The notes under the pieces were generated by a model. That model was not told the origin of the DNA, did no database searches, and saw only the letters and a program-made list of their open reading frames with translations. From contig CALSSJ010000022.1 of the NCBI GenBank assembly GCA_943788985.1, positions 96,001-160,000 of the forward strand: 64,000 nucleotides of DNA, given 5' to 3'. Both the position numbers and the translations under genes were made by a program. Below, in pieces: positions 30,937-41,021 of the stretch; within the stretch, counting starts at the first letter, position 1, and each line of letters starts with the position of its first letter. Origin of the DNA: an uncultured Lentisphaerales bacterium (lineage in GTDB: Bacteria > Verrucomicrobiota > Lentisphaeria > JABSQK01 > UBA12247).

Positions 30937-33900
30937 TCAGGGCTGTGGTACGTTGATGATCACTGCCCAAGGACTCCATGGCCCGGTGCTGTCGACAGTC
31001 ACTGCGCGAACTCTCGTGTGAGTGTGTGAGTCAGAAACGCGGTACTGAGCCGGAACTGTGAACCGCTCGTCGTTTGACCGTGGGTCTACCACGCCGGGGG
31101 CTGGACGGGTGTCATCTGGAAGAAAGGTCAGGGAGCCAGGATTAAACGTACGGAACTGGTATTGCAACGAGACAGCATTGGCGAGGTTGATTTGGACCTC
31201 TGGCCAGATTGCCAAGAGATCTTCTGTGGTCGCGACACCAGGTGCTGTCCCACTGTCAAAACCAGTGTACTGAGAAACGCTGGTCCAGAGACCGCGTGCT
31301 CCGTCGGTGTTGTACGGGCGGGCCTGGAAAATGTAGGTCTCGCTCGGTGTATTCAAGGAGGCGTCCTCGAGGGTGAACGGGAAGTCGCTTACTGCAACGC
31401 TGCGGTTGCGGAACGCAACTGACGAGTCGGTCGCCTGGTAGACAAAGAGGTCGACAAAGTCACCAATTAGTGTATCAGACGCGAAAGTGACACCGACCAC
31501 GCCGGGAGTGGCGGTCAACCCAGCGATAAACGGTGCAGTCGAGGACGGATCGCGTGTCACGGAGAAGTAGGCACGATCACTCCAGCTGTCTGCGAGACCA
31601 CTGTCGTTCGAAGCGATGACATGCCAGAAGTAATCCCCTGGTCCGAGGGAAAGTGGACCAAAGGTGGTTTGGCCTGCTGGCACCGCGGTAATATTCTCGA
31701 TGATCTGTCGTCCGTAGGTGCTAATGAACACGAAGTAATGGCTAGCGCCATCGACCGGGCCCCAGCTGAAGGTGACGTTGGCAACGCCACCGTCCTGTTC
31801 ACTTGCTGTCGCAGCGACCTGTGGCGCAAGGATGTCGTCGGTTCCAGGAATCATTGTGGAGCTGTCCACAACGTTGGGCCGGTCTTGTGGGCCAGCAGGC
31901 TCATCAAGATCGAATGTTGAGACGGCGGCAGTACCGTTGCCTTTGGGGTTGAAGCCGGTGACGGACAACTGATAGGTTCCGCTCTGGCTGAGGAAGAGCG
32001 ACTTGAAGAAGCGTCCGTTCAGCGGAATTACGCCGTCGTTATCCGGCAGAAAGGTCTCACGGATGGTGATGACGGTGCCGTCCGGTTGCGTTAATGCGAA
32101 GGTGTATCCCGCGGCATTCTCGAGATCGAAGGCGAAGACTTGGTTGCCGTTTACTTCTTGCGGATTATCGATGTCGACGGCAATGCTCGCAGTCGCAGTG
32201 CTGTAGTCATCTACAACGAGGGGACTGCCCTCGACGATGAGATTGAAGTCCGGGTCTTCGAATTTGGAGATGGACAGCAGATAGTTGCCGGGGAGCAGAC
32301 CAGTGCTGCCAGCGTTGAGATAGTCGATTGGTTCAACGGCAGTCTTGTTGGCAATGGAGGTGCTGACCAGAGTTGCCCCGGCTTGGTCTTTGATTACAAT
32401 CTGGTAGAATGCCTGAGCATCGTCATCGAAATCTGTAATGTCGATAAACCGGAACCAAGGCGGCGTGCCGACCGTAATCTTGCCAGTAAGCGTACCGGAG
32501 CTGGCTTCTTCATCATCCACAATCTCGAAGGTGAACTCTGCGAGACCACGGAAATCGTCGGCAGGGTCGAAGGACAGGGACTCTTGGTCCAAGAAAAATG
32601 TCGAATTAGCGGTCAGCGCGGCGCGGCCCACGGAGTTGCTGGAGAGTGTGCCAACTACTTGGTTGTCGCTTGTGGGCTCTGTCAGGAGGCGGAAGCGAAG
32701 GAAGGAGAGAGCATCGTCCACGTCCTCGGCTTGTACCTCAAGAAGAACGATATTCCGTGGATTTGTGTTCACCTCATTTGCCTGAACGCCAGCGTTGATT
32801 GCGGCTGATACTGGTGCGTCATTGACGCCCGTAACCGTGATGTCGAGAACGCCGGTTCCGGAGTTTGCTTCGCCATCATTGGCTCGGAATACAATGGTGT
32901 CGTTGCCTTCAGCGGCTGTTGGAAGTTGTGGCCAGTCAGCGGTGTAGCTGAGCGTGGCTCCACTGATGCTGGCGTTGCCTTGGGTTGGACCGCCGACGAT
33001 TGAAAAGGAAAGTGTATCGCTATCGTCATCGTTGGCACCTGCCGAGAGGTCGACCTGAATGGTCTGGTTGTCATCGGCAGCGGGTGTGCCATCGGTGACG
33101 GTGGGGAGGCTGTTACTCACCGTGATGGCGGATGAAGTGACAGCGGTGCCGTCCTGATTATCGTCGCGTGTGGCGTTTGTGGGGGTAATGCGGACCGCGA
33201 CTGTCTGGCTCTTGGTGAAATGGGTTGAACCATTGTTGCTGAGTTGATTGGTGGTCTCGCCATTGACAAGAGTGCCGTTCACGAGCCACTCGTAGGTAAA
33301 TGTGACGGCGTCATTATCTGCGTCTGAGGCACTGCCTGGGGTGGCGACGAATGTGCTTGTGATGAACGCGTCGCCTCCACCTTGAACAGTCAGTGTGACA
33401 CCGTCAACGCTAGGGGCCTGGTTGGTGTCGCGCACTGTGACATCCCAAGCGTCGCTGGTGGTGCCGGTGTTCTGATCACTGCCGGTAGCTGTGATCTGGA
33501 AGGTCTCTTCGTTGTTATGCTTGCCGTCGTCGCTGCTGAGCCGATCGAGGCCCGCGGCAAAGGTGAAGGTCGATGTGTGCTGATTTGGCGGGCCGGCGGG
33601 TGTGTCGGTAATCGTATCGACGACGGCGCCAGCCAGGCGGACCTCCCAGAGTACGCTGGAAATTTGGCCTTCACCGACGGGCTGTCCCGCACGGTCGCTG
33701 TCGTCGAAAGTGGCAGTGAAGGTTAGGCTGGCAGTTGCGCCTTCATCAATATTCTGAGCTACGGGCTGGGTGGCGTTGCCGTCGTTTGGCGTGAGGGCAG
33801 TGAGGGCCGGTGGCGGGTCACCAATGGAAAACGCTTCGGAGCGAGCCTGAGTCAAGCCTGGTGCCGTCGAACTGGTGGCCAGGAAGTCGTAGACCCCGCC

Positions 33901-36654
33901 GTTCGTGACGCTTAGGCCGCTGAAGGCCGCGGTGCCTGCAGCAGCGGGCTGCGTGGCAGTGCCTGTGAAGGCTGCAGTCGTGGTTGTTCCACTTTCCACC
34001 AGTTGAAGGTCGATGGTTTCTGTTGAGGCTGTCAGGTTGCCAAAGGCATCGAGCACAGAAACTCCGACGTTGCCTGGTGTCCCGGGAATATTAGCGTCAG
34101 ATGCGGGCTGATCGCTGAACGAGAGCTGGTCTTCGGCAGCAGGTGTGCTGGTACCCGTGATGGAGCCTTGGGTGATCGCGGCGTCATCGGCATCGGAAAC
34201 GGTGAGTGTGAAGTCGGCCGCATTGGGAAACACGCCTGTGATATTGGCTATGCCACTGCTGAAGGTTACGGAAGTAGTCTGGCCAACGGTTGTGCCATCG
34301 ATGGTTGGGGCAGTGGCGTTCGGGGAGTTGACGACGCCGGCAAACACGAGGTTTTGCTCTCCGGTGTAGTCCGCTGGGTTGCCATTGACGTCGAATGCCG
34401 TGACCCACAGGGGAACAGAGCTGCCAGCTACCGGGGAGAAATCCGCGCGGGCTGGGTTGTTGGTTAGCTCAAAGCGTGTTGCTTCATTATCCAGGTTGCT
34501 GAGTGAGATGCTGCTTCCCGGAACTTGTGAGTATGCCGGATCAGTGGTGGACAAGGAATAGTCCACGTCATAGGCCTGATTGTCGTCGAGCAGGCTGTCA
34601 TCGGCGCCGGTGATGGTGACGGTAACGGGTTGGTCCCAGTTATCAGTGGTAAAAGTGACCGTGGCGTTGGTCGTGACTGTGCCCTCGGAGCTGTCCGCGC
34701 TACTGAAGGTGAGTTGTACGCTCTGAGTTGGCTTCGTATTCAAGGATACGTCAAATGTGATTGACGTACCGTCTTCCTCTGTTTCGGTATCTACCACGCT
34801 GGTTGTGACACCTGCGGAATCGTCATCTGTAAGGGTAACAGCTACATTGGTCGGTATGTTTAAGTCATCATAGGTGCTGTCGGCAGTGATTACATTGTCT
34901 ACAGTCAATGCCACAGTTGCCGAGTCATCACGATCGATATCATCGTTAACCCCGGTCACTGTGACAGGCACACCTTGGTCCCAGTTCTCTGACGTGAAAG
35001 TCAGTTCGGCCGGGTTGACTGTCGCGTCGAGTGGGCTGTTGCTGTTCACGAGCACTCGCACATCGCCTGTAGGCTCGGAAGTCAGGGTAACATCGAATGT
35101 GTCCTGGCCTCCATCCTCTGCGATGGTCAGTTGATTCAGGGTGACCGCGATTCCTGCCACATCGTCGTCTTCGTTTGCGAAGCCAAGAGTCGGGAAAGAC
35201 AACGCGGTGTAGGCGCCGTCGTTGGAGGCGATGCTGACGTTCAGCGTATAGGGAACGCTTTCGTCTGCGACATCATCATTCACGCCGACCACGGTGACAA
35301 GTTGATTCTGGTCCCAGTTAACTGCTGTGAAGGTGAGGGTCGTGTTGGAGACTGAGCCTTCGGTTGGGTCATCACTGGAGAAGGTGAAGACTACGTCAGC
35401 GAACGGCTCGGATTTCAGTGAAATTGAGGCGCTGCCGTTGCCACCAGCTTCTGTGGTGCTGGAGTCGCTCACAGTGGCGTTAATGCCAGCATCATCGTCG
35501 TCGATGTTGGTGAGTTGGGTTGCGGGCGTGAGAGCGGTGTACTGAGCGTCATTGCCAGTGAGCGCGAAATCAATGTTGAATGCGGTATCGCCGTCGTCAC
35601 GGTCGTCATTTATGCCGGTGACGATCACAGTCTGGGCGACATTGTAGTCGGTTGTTGTAAAGGTCAGTACCTTGGTGGCGGGGGTGGTGACCACGCCTTC
35701 TGCTGGGTTGTCGGAACTCAGTGTGATCGTTACCGTATCGGTTGGCTGCGCGTCTAGCTGCACGGAGAGGGTCGCTTGGCCACCCAATTCGCTGGGAGAG
35801 CCCGCTGGTGCGACCAAAACTGCGCTGGTATCGTCATCGGCATTGCTCGCGGCCACCGGCGCGGAGGCGACGTCTGGGTTTGTCTCGGTGTCGTAGTCGG
35901 TGTCGGAGCTGTCGAATATGAAGAAGATCTCGTAGGCCTTGTCGCCATCGTCCAGCTCGTCTTCAGCGCCGGTAACTGTGACGGGCTGGCCGACGTTCCA
36001 ATTTGCTGTGGTGAAGCTGAGGACGGTCGGACTGACTGTGCCCTCGGTGGCATCGGAGCTTCCTACCGTCACGAAAACATCTGCGGTTGGCTCGGTGTTC
36101 AGGGTGACGTCGAATGTGGCCTCGGCGCCGGCTTCCGTCGTGGCGAGTGTGCCGACGGCGTCAGTCGTCAGGCCAAACGAGAGTGCTTCAAACGTGCCGT
36201 TGTTGAGGACTGCACCGGCTGCGCCGTCTGGTCCCTTGCTTCCGTTGTCACCTGTTGTGAGGGTGATCGCTGAGACTCCAGCTGTGGCGTCACCTTTGAC
36301 GTTTGCGGTAAATGAGACCTGGATCTGAGTCCCTGCAGGCACCCCGGTTCCTGTGAAATCTGAGGCTGCGAAGAGATAAGAACTTGGGCCACTAGCCTGA
36401 TTAGCAAACACGGTGTATGCGCCGCCACTTTGAAGTGTGGCACCGGTAATCTCCAGCACGCTGGTGTCGTACGAGAAATCAACCTGGAAATTGCTCAATG
36501 TCCCGTCGTTTTGAACAAGCGTTACATCAATGGTGTGCCCAGTTTTTCCGATAGGTGCGGCGGAATCTACGGCAGTAATCGTGGTGGCGGCGAATGCAGA
36601 GCCTGCCATAAGAGCGACAAGCAGCAGAGCAAAGAGTCGGGGGAATTTACACAT
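30937..36654 (-). CDS. 1905-aa acidic secreted protein with an N-terminal cohesin-like domain, 5 Calx-beta-like repeats, Ig/cadherin-like domains and an FN3-like C-terminal region
   Basis: Signal peptide ending AFA; IDVTL..FQVDFSYDTSVLEIT (cohesin-like); five TxE..FxVxLxxxP..TFTxxNW repeats; GGAG RBS. Confidence 0.8.
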   Translation of the reverse strand: MCKFPRLFALLLVALMAGSAFAATTITAVDSAAPIGKTGHTIDVTLVQNDGTLSNFQVDFSYDTSVLEITGATLQSGGAYTVFANQASGPSSYLFAASDFTGTGVPAGTQIQVSFTANVKGDATAGVSAITLTTGDNGSKGPDGAAGAVLNNGTFEALSFGLTTDAVGTLATTEAGAEATFDVTLNTEPTADVFVTVGSSDATEGTVSPTVLSFTTANWNVGQPVTVTGAEDELDDGDKAYEIFFIFDSSDTDYDTETNPDVASAPVAASNADDDTSAVLVAPAGSPSELGGQATLSVQLDAQPTDTVTITLSSDNPAEGVVTTPATKVLTFTTTDYNVAQTVIVTGINDDRDDGDTAFNIDFALTGNDAQYTALTPATQLTNIDDDDAGINATVSDSSTTEAGGNGSASISLKSEPFADVVFTFSSDDPTEGSVSNTTLTFTAVNWDQNQLVTVVGVNDDVADESVPYTLNVSIASNDGAYTALSFPTLGFANEDDDVAGIAVTLNQLTIAEDGGQDTFDVTLTSEPTGDVRVLVNSNSPLDATVNPAELTFTSENWDQGVPVTVTGVNDDIDRDDSATVALTVDNVITADSTYDDLNIPTNVAVTLTDDDSAGVTTSVVDTETEEDGTSITFDVSLNTKPTQSVQLTFSSADSSEGTVTTNATVTFTTDNWDQPVTVTITGADDSLLDDNQAYDVDYSLSTTDPAYSQVPGSSISLSNLDNEATRFELTNNPARADFSPVAGSSVPLWVTAFDVNGNPADYTGEQNLVFAGVVNSPNATAPTIDGTTVGQTTSVTFSSGIANITGVFPNAADFTLTVSDADDAAITQGSITGTSTPAAEDQLSFSDQPASDANIPGTPGNVGVSVLDAFGNLTASTETIDLQLVESGTTTTAAFTGTATQPAAAGTAAFSGLSVTNGGVYDFLATSSTAPGLTQARSEAFSIGDPPPALTALTPNDGNATQPVAQNIDEGATASLTFTATFDDSDRAGQPVGEGQISSVLWEVRLAGAVVDTITDTPAGPPNQHTSTFTFAAGLDRLSSDDGKHNNEETFQITATGSDQNTGTTSDAWDVTVRDTNQAPSVDGVTLTVQGGGDAFITSTFVATPGSASDADNDAVTFTYEWLVNGTLVNGETTNQLSNNGSTHFTKSQTVAVRITPTNATRDDNQDGTAVTSSAITVSNSLPTVTDGTPAADDNQTIQVDLSAGANDDDSDTLSFSIVGGPTQGNASISGATLSYTADWPQLPTAAEGNDTIVFRANDGEANSGTGVLDITVTGVNDAPVSAAINAGVQANEVNTNPRNIVLLEVQAEDVDDALSFLRFRLLTEPTSDNQVVGTLSSNSVGRAALTANSTFFLDQESLSFDPADDFRGLAEFTFEIVDDEEASSGTLTGKITVGTPPWFRFIDITDFDDDAQAFYQIVIKDQAGATLVSTSIANKTAVEPIDYLNAGSTGLLPGNYLLSISKFEDPDFNLIVEGSPLVVDDYSTATASIAVDIDNPQEVNGNQVFAFDLENAAGYTFALTQPDGTVITIRETFLPDNDGVIPLNGRFFKSLFLSQSGTYQLSVTGFNPKGNGTAAVSTFDLDEPAGPQDRPNVVDSSTMIPGTDDILAPQVAATASEQDGGVANVTFSWGPVDGASHYFVFISTYGRQIIENITAVPAGQTTFGPLSLGPGDYFWHVIASNDSGLADSWSDRAYFSVTRDPSSTAPFIAGLTATPGVVGVTFASDTLIGDFVDLFVYQATDSSVAFRNRSVAVSDFPFTLEDASLNTPSETYIFQARPYNTDGARGLWTSVSQYTGFDSGTAPGVATTEDLLAIWPEVQINLANAVSLQYQFRTFNPGSLTFLPDDTRPAPGVVDPRSNDERFTVPAQYRVSDSHTHTRVRAVTVDSTGPWSPWAVIINVPQP

Positions 36655-36677
36655 AGTAACGAATAGCTCCTGTGAGG

Positions 36678-39600
36678 CTAAGGAAGGATTTTGAGAATGT
36701 TGGCTTCTACTTCTTCGGGCGTCAGGTCCGTGCTTACGGTGGCCGTCAGTTGAGGAAATAAGAACGAGTTGCCGCTGTTGAACGGCAGGATGGTATTGCG
36801 ATATATCAGGACCAAGTCATCGAAATCTACAACGCCAGAGAGATCGACGTCTAGGCCGCCATCTCTCACGGCGTGCACATTGGCTTCCACCTCTTCTGGG
36901 GTCAAGGCCGTCGTGACAGTGGCAGTGAGCTGCGGAAAGAGAAACGAGTTGCCGCTGTTGAAGGGAAGAATGTGGTTGCGATAGATCAATACCAAGTCGT
37001 CGAAGTTGTAGATTCCGTCGCCGCTGACCTCGAGGCTGCCCAAGGTGACCGCATTGGAAATGATCAATTGCGCAGTGCCGCTGGAGAAACTGCCTGCGGC
37101 GGTGGTCGCACCGTTCGAGATGCTGAGGCTGTAGATGCCTGCAGCACCCAGTTCGGCGCTGCCGCTAACGGTCAGCAGGGTTCCAGAATCCAGCACTGCT
37201 CGGGTGATAGACGTATCATTGAAAAGGAAATCGATTGTCCCGGTCCCAACGATAACGCTTGCTCCCGCGATTGAGGTCGTGGCTTCGGTAATGGTGAGCT
37301 GGCTGGCGGGATAATTGACCGTGAAGCCAAGCTCGGTGAAGACCTGCTGTGCGGTTAGCACGATGTCAAAGCTGACTGCAGGGTCGGCGTCTTCAGGCTT
37401 GACCAGGATGTTCACGGGATCAAAGGTGACCACAGCCGTGGCGGCGGTGTCTACCGCGCTGCCGGCCACGGAAATGACGATGGTGTCGCCGCCGCTGGTC
37501 AGGGTCACTGCATCGGAATAGGCACCGGCCGCGGTAGGGGCGTAGGTCACAGCAACTGCTGCGCTGCCGTTGGCCGGGACCGTAATGGAGTCGGTGTCAG
37601 TTGTGAACGGAGCGCCACCGGCAGCGACTGTGTAGACAACCGTTTCAGACTCGCTGCTTTCGAGATTGATGTGAAAGGTAAGACTCTCTGTCGTTACGAG
37701 CTGGCCGAAGTCGATGACGGCGGGAGTGATTGCAACGCTCAGAGCCTGTGCGCCATCAACATCCTGATTGATGACTGGGATGCGGCGCGTGAGGCTGCTG
37801 TCGTACACGCCTACCGCAGCAGCGGGTGAGATGTTGATATGGTAGAGGGCGTCGCCATCCGTAGTGCTATCCGTCTGCGGGGAGATGGTCAATGGTTGCG
37901 GTGTCTGCCAGTTCCCGGTAGTGAATTCCATGGAGTTGGTGCTGACCGTGCCTTCTGCCTCATCACTGGAGCTGATGTTCAGCGTGACATTTCCACTTGG
38001 AGGTGAACCGAGGGAGACCTCAATCTGCTGATCGCTGCCACCTTCCACGGTGCCAAGGGCACCAGGCGGTGTGACGACGATGCGGGCAATCTCGTCGTCG
38101 AGGTTGGTGCCGGATACGTTCTCTGTGCCGCTGTCCTCACTGTAGCTCCAGGAAAAACCGACAGTGAAGGGGGCAGGGCCATCGTTGTCGAGGTCGTCTA
38201 CTCCAGTGATGGTTACGGTCTGGGGGGTATCCCAGTTGCTGTCTGTGAAGGTGACGGTTGGGTTGGATGCGGTTGCCTCATTCTCGTCGCTGACTTGGAT
38301 CGTGACGTCGACGTTGGCCAGTGGCTGGGCGGTCAGATTGATTGCGATATCGGCACTTCCTCCAGACTCTGTGGTTGTGACCGAAACCACGTCTGTCTGC
38401 ACGCCAGCAATATCATTGTTGATGTTGACTATCGCAACTGGGTCAAGGACCAAGAGGGAGTACTTGGGGTCGTCGGTATTCAGCGACAGGGCAATGTTGG
38501 TGGATTGGTTGCCATCAGCAATCAGTTCGTCGGCACCGGTGATCACGACGCGTTGTGGCGTATTCCAATTGGCTGCAGTGAATATCAGTTGATCGTCGCC
38601 TGGGGCGGTCACCTGCAGCTCCTGTTCATTCGCACTGATCACATTGACGAAGACGTCTTGCACTGGCTCAGAATCTAGAACGACCGTGAATTCGGCGGTT
38701 CCGCCAACTTCAGATGCAGTACCGTCAATGATGGAGACTGTTACTCCAGCTGAGTCATCGTCGGTATTGGTGACTGAAACTTGTGCGGTGGCGCCAGCAA
38801 AGGCCAGATCTGCAGATGCTGAGTCAACCCTGATGCTGTATGGCTGATCGTCGTCATTAACGAAGTCGTCCACACCAGCTACGACGACGGACTGCACTTG
38901 ATTCCAGTTCACGGGGGTGAATGTCAGCTGTTCGTCGCCAGGGCTGATGATTACCCCTTCGGTTGTGTCTGTGCTAGCGAGGCTGATGATGACGTTCGCG
39001 CTGGGCTGCGCGCGGAGAACTACGTCAAAGGTTGCCGTGGCGCGTGGAAGCAGGTCAGATTCTGCCGTTTCCAAGCCATCAATGGGAGAGATGTCAATGG
39101 GGAAGGCGAGGGACTCAAACTGTGTGGCAGCGATCGGGATGGGATTCTGTACGACTGTATCCAGCGCAAACTGGATTTCACCAAAGTCGAAGCGCTTGGT
39201 GCCGCGGTCGCAGTCGGCGTCTGGATCGACATCGCAGTCTGGGCCAACGACGCGGTAGCTGAAGGTGATCGGGCCGGTTGCTGGCAAGGTCGTGGGATCA
39301 TCCCATGTGAAGGTGACTTGCTCCTGATCCACGGTGACGGCGTCGACATTGCCGAAAACAGCGAGGCCGCTGACGCCAGCAGCGGCGGGAATGGTGTATG
39401 TCGCCAAGGCATCATCTGTGCGGGGCATGATTTCGACAATGCTCAGTGCGGTCAAGTTGTCGACGACGTCCGGGCTGTAGGTGACGGTCACTGTGACTTC
39501 CAGTCCCTTATTGTCGCCAGTGACGGCAGCAGCCGCTGCGTGCGTGCGGGTCGCGATAATATTGCCCGGTAGCACGACCAGTGAGACTGTAGCGGTGTCT

Positions 39601-40849
39601 TCGTTCTCGGGTGCCAATGTTTCCTGAATGCTGTAAGTAAAGGTATCCCAGGTGGCTTCGTCATCGGGATTGGAGACCAGCCCGGTTGCTTCGCCTACTG
39701 AGTCTACGATATTAAGACGCCAGCCGACGTTGAGATTGAGCTGGGATGCGTAATATACGGTGTTGGGCGTTGATCCACTGGGAGTGAAAAGCAGCGTGCC
39801 GTCCTCTGTGAAATGTTTGTGACACCATCGATGATAGCTCCAGTGCCCTGGCCAGCAGCGTTGTCCGCGATATAGAACGGATTGCCAGTCGCGGTCACAT
39901 TGAAAGAATACTGGACGCCGCGTTGCAAGGATAGCTCCTTGCCTTGGACACCGTCTACGATATAGCCGTCGGTGCTCCCGACACCGTTCTGGGGATGTGA
40001 GGCGTCTTTGGTGCCTACCACGACCTCAAATGAGGTGTCGATGGGAGGCGTGTAGAAGACGCTGGTACCATCGGTAGTTACCGTCCCCCCCTTGGTGGTC
40101 GTTCCGCTCACGGATGAAATTGTAATGGCGTCGCCGTCTGCATCACTGTCGTTGGCCAGCACCTCGACGGACACGCTGGGGTTGGCTTCGTTGCGAAAGA
40201 CCACCACGCCAGTATCGTCAAAAGCCGTCGGGGCCACGTTGTCGCGGGCCAAGATGAAGTCGATGGAAATGGTGTTGGTGGCGGCTACTATTACGCCTGG
40301 GCCAGCGTTACCCTCAGTCTGGGTCAATAAAATCTGGCTTCTCGCACCCAGTTCGGTCACTAGGGTGCCCTCAATGCGGATCTCGGCGATCTCATAGCCA
40401 GCGTCAAAGGCAGCCCCACCTGCGCTGAAGAGTGAAGAGTCCCAGCTGAGCGTGATATCGCTGGCCGGGATGCCAAAACTTACGTCCAGTTTCCAGACCT
40501 GGCTGGTCGGATCCAAGGGCGTTGCATTATTGAAATAACGGAGATCTTTGCGCAATGGGGTGACGGCAACCTGCGGGTTGTCGAATGCCAATTTTGCCAG
40601 AAACTGCTGGAATGGGTTGGGTGGAGGTGACGGGCGGTCGTACGGATCGGTGTTGTCACCCTCGGCTAGGCCGTCGAAAGAGGCGGGGTCAAGGCCGAAG
40701 GTCAACTCACCGAACTGACTGGTATTTAAATCAACGTTGTCACCGGTGGCAGTGAGTTCGATATTTATTGCAGGAACTTGGCCAAAGGCGACGAAGCCAA
40801 GGGTTGCGATCAGCAGGCACGAGAGGAGCGCACGTGGACGGCGTAACAT
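36678..40849 (-). CDS. About 1390-aa acidic secreted protein with Big_9/cadherin-like, cupredoxin-like insert, 4 Calx-beta-like repeats, ASH-like, cohesin-like and C-terminal dockerin-like modules; one frameshift at ~39815
   Basis: GGAGG RBS precedes ATG 40849 (MLRRPRALLSCLLI). A one-base shift at ~39815 gives FTEDGTLLFTPSGSTPNTVYYASQ...DTFTYSIQETLAPENED, continuous with ORF 36678-39617. Confidence 0.78.
36690..37035 (-). repeat. Tandem 180-nt (60-aa) coding repeat, dockerin/EF-hand-like
   Basis: LEVSGDGIYNFDDLVLIYRNHILPFNSGNSFLFPQLTATVTTALTPEEVEANV versus LDVDLSGVVDFDDLVLIYRNTILPFNSGNSFLFPQLTATVSTDLTPEEVEANI. Confidence 0.9.
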
Positions 40850-41021
40850 AATAACTGGACCTCCTGGTCGATAAATTAAATTGGAGACTTCACGATGCAG
40901 GAAAATTACTCGAGTGCGCCAATGTAGTTGGAGCGCCATGATAGTCCAGCGTTCCTATGTTTCTGGCTACATGGGTGACTACGTGGCAATTTCCTGATCC
41001 TTACGGTCATTCAAGCATAAG

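Noticed and set aside
36690..37035. Direct repeat considered as a CRISPR or mobile-element end
   Set aside because: There are only two in-frame copies with codon-position divergence, no spacers and no cas or transposase genes.
30937..39617. Many 60-220 aa plus-strand ORFs opposite the giant genes
   Set aside because: These are antisense shadows typical of GC-rich coding DNA.
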